DNA from: Eledone cirrhosa
Taxonomy: Eukaryota
Length of the DNA: 64,000 bases
Assembly: GCA_964016885.1 (NCBI GenBank)
Contig: OZ024750.1
Span: forward strand, 17,360,001 to 17,424,000
Direction: 5' to 3'
The stretch's first letter is position 1, and each line of letters begins with the position of its first letter. The notes under the pieces are model-generated. The model did not search any database and was not told the origin of the DNA. It worked only from the letters and a program-made list of their open reading frames with translations. Both the position numbers and the translations under genes were made by a program. This document shows, piece after piece, positions 61,278 through 64,000 of the stretch.

Positions 61278-62036
61278 GAATGCTTTATAAATGTATATAA
61301 AATCAGATACTTATTCCTGCTTTTCAGCTTTAGATCTTGAAGTGAAAGCAACTGAAATATTAAAGTACATTCTACTCTTTCCTGGGAAGAAACATGATCA
61401 GACCCTGGCTGATCTTAAAATTGATTGTCTATTTGCATTAGGTTGGGAGGTCATGCTTTATACTGGTGCTGCAGATCCTGCTGATAGAAATGTTTAGAAA
61501 AGGTGAGGGACAAACAAATTACCAAGATTTAGGAAGATATTTGTCAGGAAAATTGTTCTGTCGTGGGGCCATAGAAAAGTAGTTTACGGGCTGCGCGTTT
61601 GTGACCCCTTGTGTAAATAGTGTTTGTTAATATGTACATAGTGTGTAGTAAAATGTACGCAGTGTACATAGTAAAGTTGAGTAAACCAAATAGATAAACA
61701 GATAGACAGACAATCAATATACTGACTGTAAATCTTGTCTAAATTGTATTGACCATTTTGAATATCAGCCAAGTTCCATATTTATACATATATATCTATT
61801 ATATATATAAATAAATAAATAAATGTATATATATGCACACATATATATATATTATATGTATAAATACACACACACAGACACATATATATAAATATATATA
61901 TACCTACATACGCACATACAGTCATATGTATATACATACTTGCAAACACAAACATACAGATTGCAAATTATTTGTTTGTATTACTATATATATGTATTTA
62001 TATATACACACATATATATATATATATATATATAAA

Positions 62037-62192
62037 ACGAAGGAAGTGTGGTAAGGAACCAGATGGACCATAACGCACCAGAGTACTCAATACTTAAGGT
62101 AGTAGAGTGGGTAATAGGAAAAAATTTAACCCCGACTGAAATAGCCGTCGAAACGGCTTGAGCTCTGCCGTTGGGGTTAAACTTTTACCTAT
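62037..62192 (+). mobile_element. (TA)n-embedded short element, same family as 26189
   Basis: gaaggaagtgtggtaaggaaccagatggaccataacgcacc...; terminal fold-back with a different junction. Confidence 0.8.
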
Positions 62193-62459
62193 ATATATAT
62201 GTATTTATATATACACATATATGGAACAAACACAAGCAATCATAGAATGCTCTATGAGTAAATAATGCACTCGAAAAACAAAGTATCTATCTATCTGTCT
62301 ATCTATTAATCTAACTAACTAATATATATACAGAGAGAGTTAAGATATATATATATCTTAACTTTATCTTACCCTCTCTCTATATATATGTGTGTGTGTG
62401 TGTGAGTATGTATACTTGAATGGATATATGTTTGTGTGTACTTAAGTACCTCCGCACAC

Positions 62460-62526
62460 AAATATATATATATATATTTATATATGTATATATATATATT
62501 TATATATGTATATATATATATTTATT

Positions 62527-62560
<34 letters not shown>

Positions 62561-62733
62561 CATACATAGAGAGAGACAGCAATGATGTAGAGGTAGGGTT
62601 TATAAGTGATCATTAAGGAATTATCCAAAGAGTATTGAAAATATATCACCACCAGACGATATATATATATATATATATACATCCATAAATATATATATCA
62701 CGATGATGATATATATTTATATATATATGCATG

Positions 62734-62797
<64 letters not shown>

Positions 62798-62837
62798 AAT
62801 ATATATATATATATATATTTATATGTATATATGTATA

Positions 62838-62878
<41 letters not shown>

Positions 62879-62941
62879 GCATATATATATATAAATATAT
62901 ATCATATCATCATCGTGATATATATATATATATACATATAT

Positions 62942-63002
<61 letters not shown>

Positions 63003-63003
63003 T

Positions 63004-63034
<31 letters not shown>

Positions 63035-63085
63035 CATATATATACATATATACATATATATATATATATGTGTGTGTGTGTATAT
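62460..63085. repeat. (TA)n block with internal inverted repeat (tcacgatgatgatat...atatcatcatcgtga)
   Basis: Seen directly. Confidence 0.85.
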
Positions 63086-63317
63086 ACAACAGTGCAATAT
63101 TTTGGTCTCAACTTGACAACTGTACAACTGACATGTCTATTTCTGGTGGTTAATCGTTTCTAATTTAGGAAAATAGGAATTGATTGCAACTAGAAATAGT
63201 AACAAATAAACAATCGTGTGTCTAGTCATCATCATCACCATCTTCGGCTTCATCATCATCATCGTCGTCGTCTTCATCTTCTTCACTATCATCATCGTCA
63301 TCATCGTCATCACCAGT

Positions 63318-64000
63318 CATCGTTATCATCGCCACCATCGTCGTTATCATCGCCACCATCATCGTTATCATCGCCACCATCATCGTTATCATCGCCACCA
63401 TCGTCGTTATCATCGTCGTTATCATCGCCACCATCGTCGTTATCATCGCCACCATCGTCGTTATCATCGCCACCATCGTTATCATCGCCACCATCGTCGT
63501 TATCATCGCCACCATCATCGTTATCATCGCCACCATCGTCGTTATCATCGCCACCATCGTCGTTATCATCGCCACCATCATCGTTATTATCGCCACCATC
63601 GTCGTTATCATCGCCACCATCGTTATCATCGCCACCATCGTCGTTATCATCGCCACCATCGTCGTTATCATCGCCACCATCATCGTTATCATCGCCACCA
63701 TCGTCGTTATCATCGCCACCATCGTCGTTATCATCGCCACCATCATCGTTATTATCGCCACCATCGTCGTTATCATCGCCACCATCGTCGTTATCATCGC
63801 CACCATCATCGTTATCATCGCCACCATCGTCGTTATCATCGCCACCATCGTCGTTATCATCGCCACCATCGTCGTTATCATCGCCACCATCGTCGTTATC
63901 ATCGCCACCATCGTCGTTATCATCGCCACCATCATCGTTATCATCGCCACCATCATCGTTATCATCGCCACCATCGTCGTTATCATCGCCACCATCGTCG
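63318..64000. repeat. 21-bp minisatellite (atcgtcgttatcatcgccacc)n, truncated by the window end
   Basis: Seen directly; some 18-bp variants. Confidence 0.95.

Overview
Eukaryotic, extremely microsatellite-rich animal genomic DNA. The repeat landscape and SINE types suggest a mollusc, probably an octopus, but this is an inference. The left part holds two near-identical, full-length, head-to-tail L1/Tx1-clade non-LTR retrotransposons (minus strand, 5847-bp period, intact ORF1 and APE-RT ORF2) bounded by (AAT)n. At least seven 5'-truncated copies of related Tx1 families lie exclusively inside (CTAT)n tracts. Many short inserts, mostly in or beside (TA)n tracts, carry long inverted or direct repeats and recognisable type I hammerhead ribozyme cores. 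A decayed Penelope-like RT fragment is also present, which points to a Penelope-like/retrozyme system. The pattern suggests several retroelement lineages partitioning different microsatellite targets. Host genes are two tRNA-Arg(ACG) genes, an intronless membrane RING-HC ORF, an intronless 2239-aa TIMELESS (Tim2/timeout type) with an expanded acidic repeat tail, and an intronless PAM16. Many SINE copies and CR1/L2, RTE, CRE-like, Tc1/mariner and TTAA-MITE remnants fill the rest.
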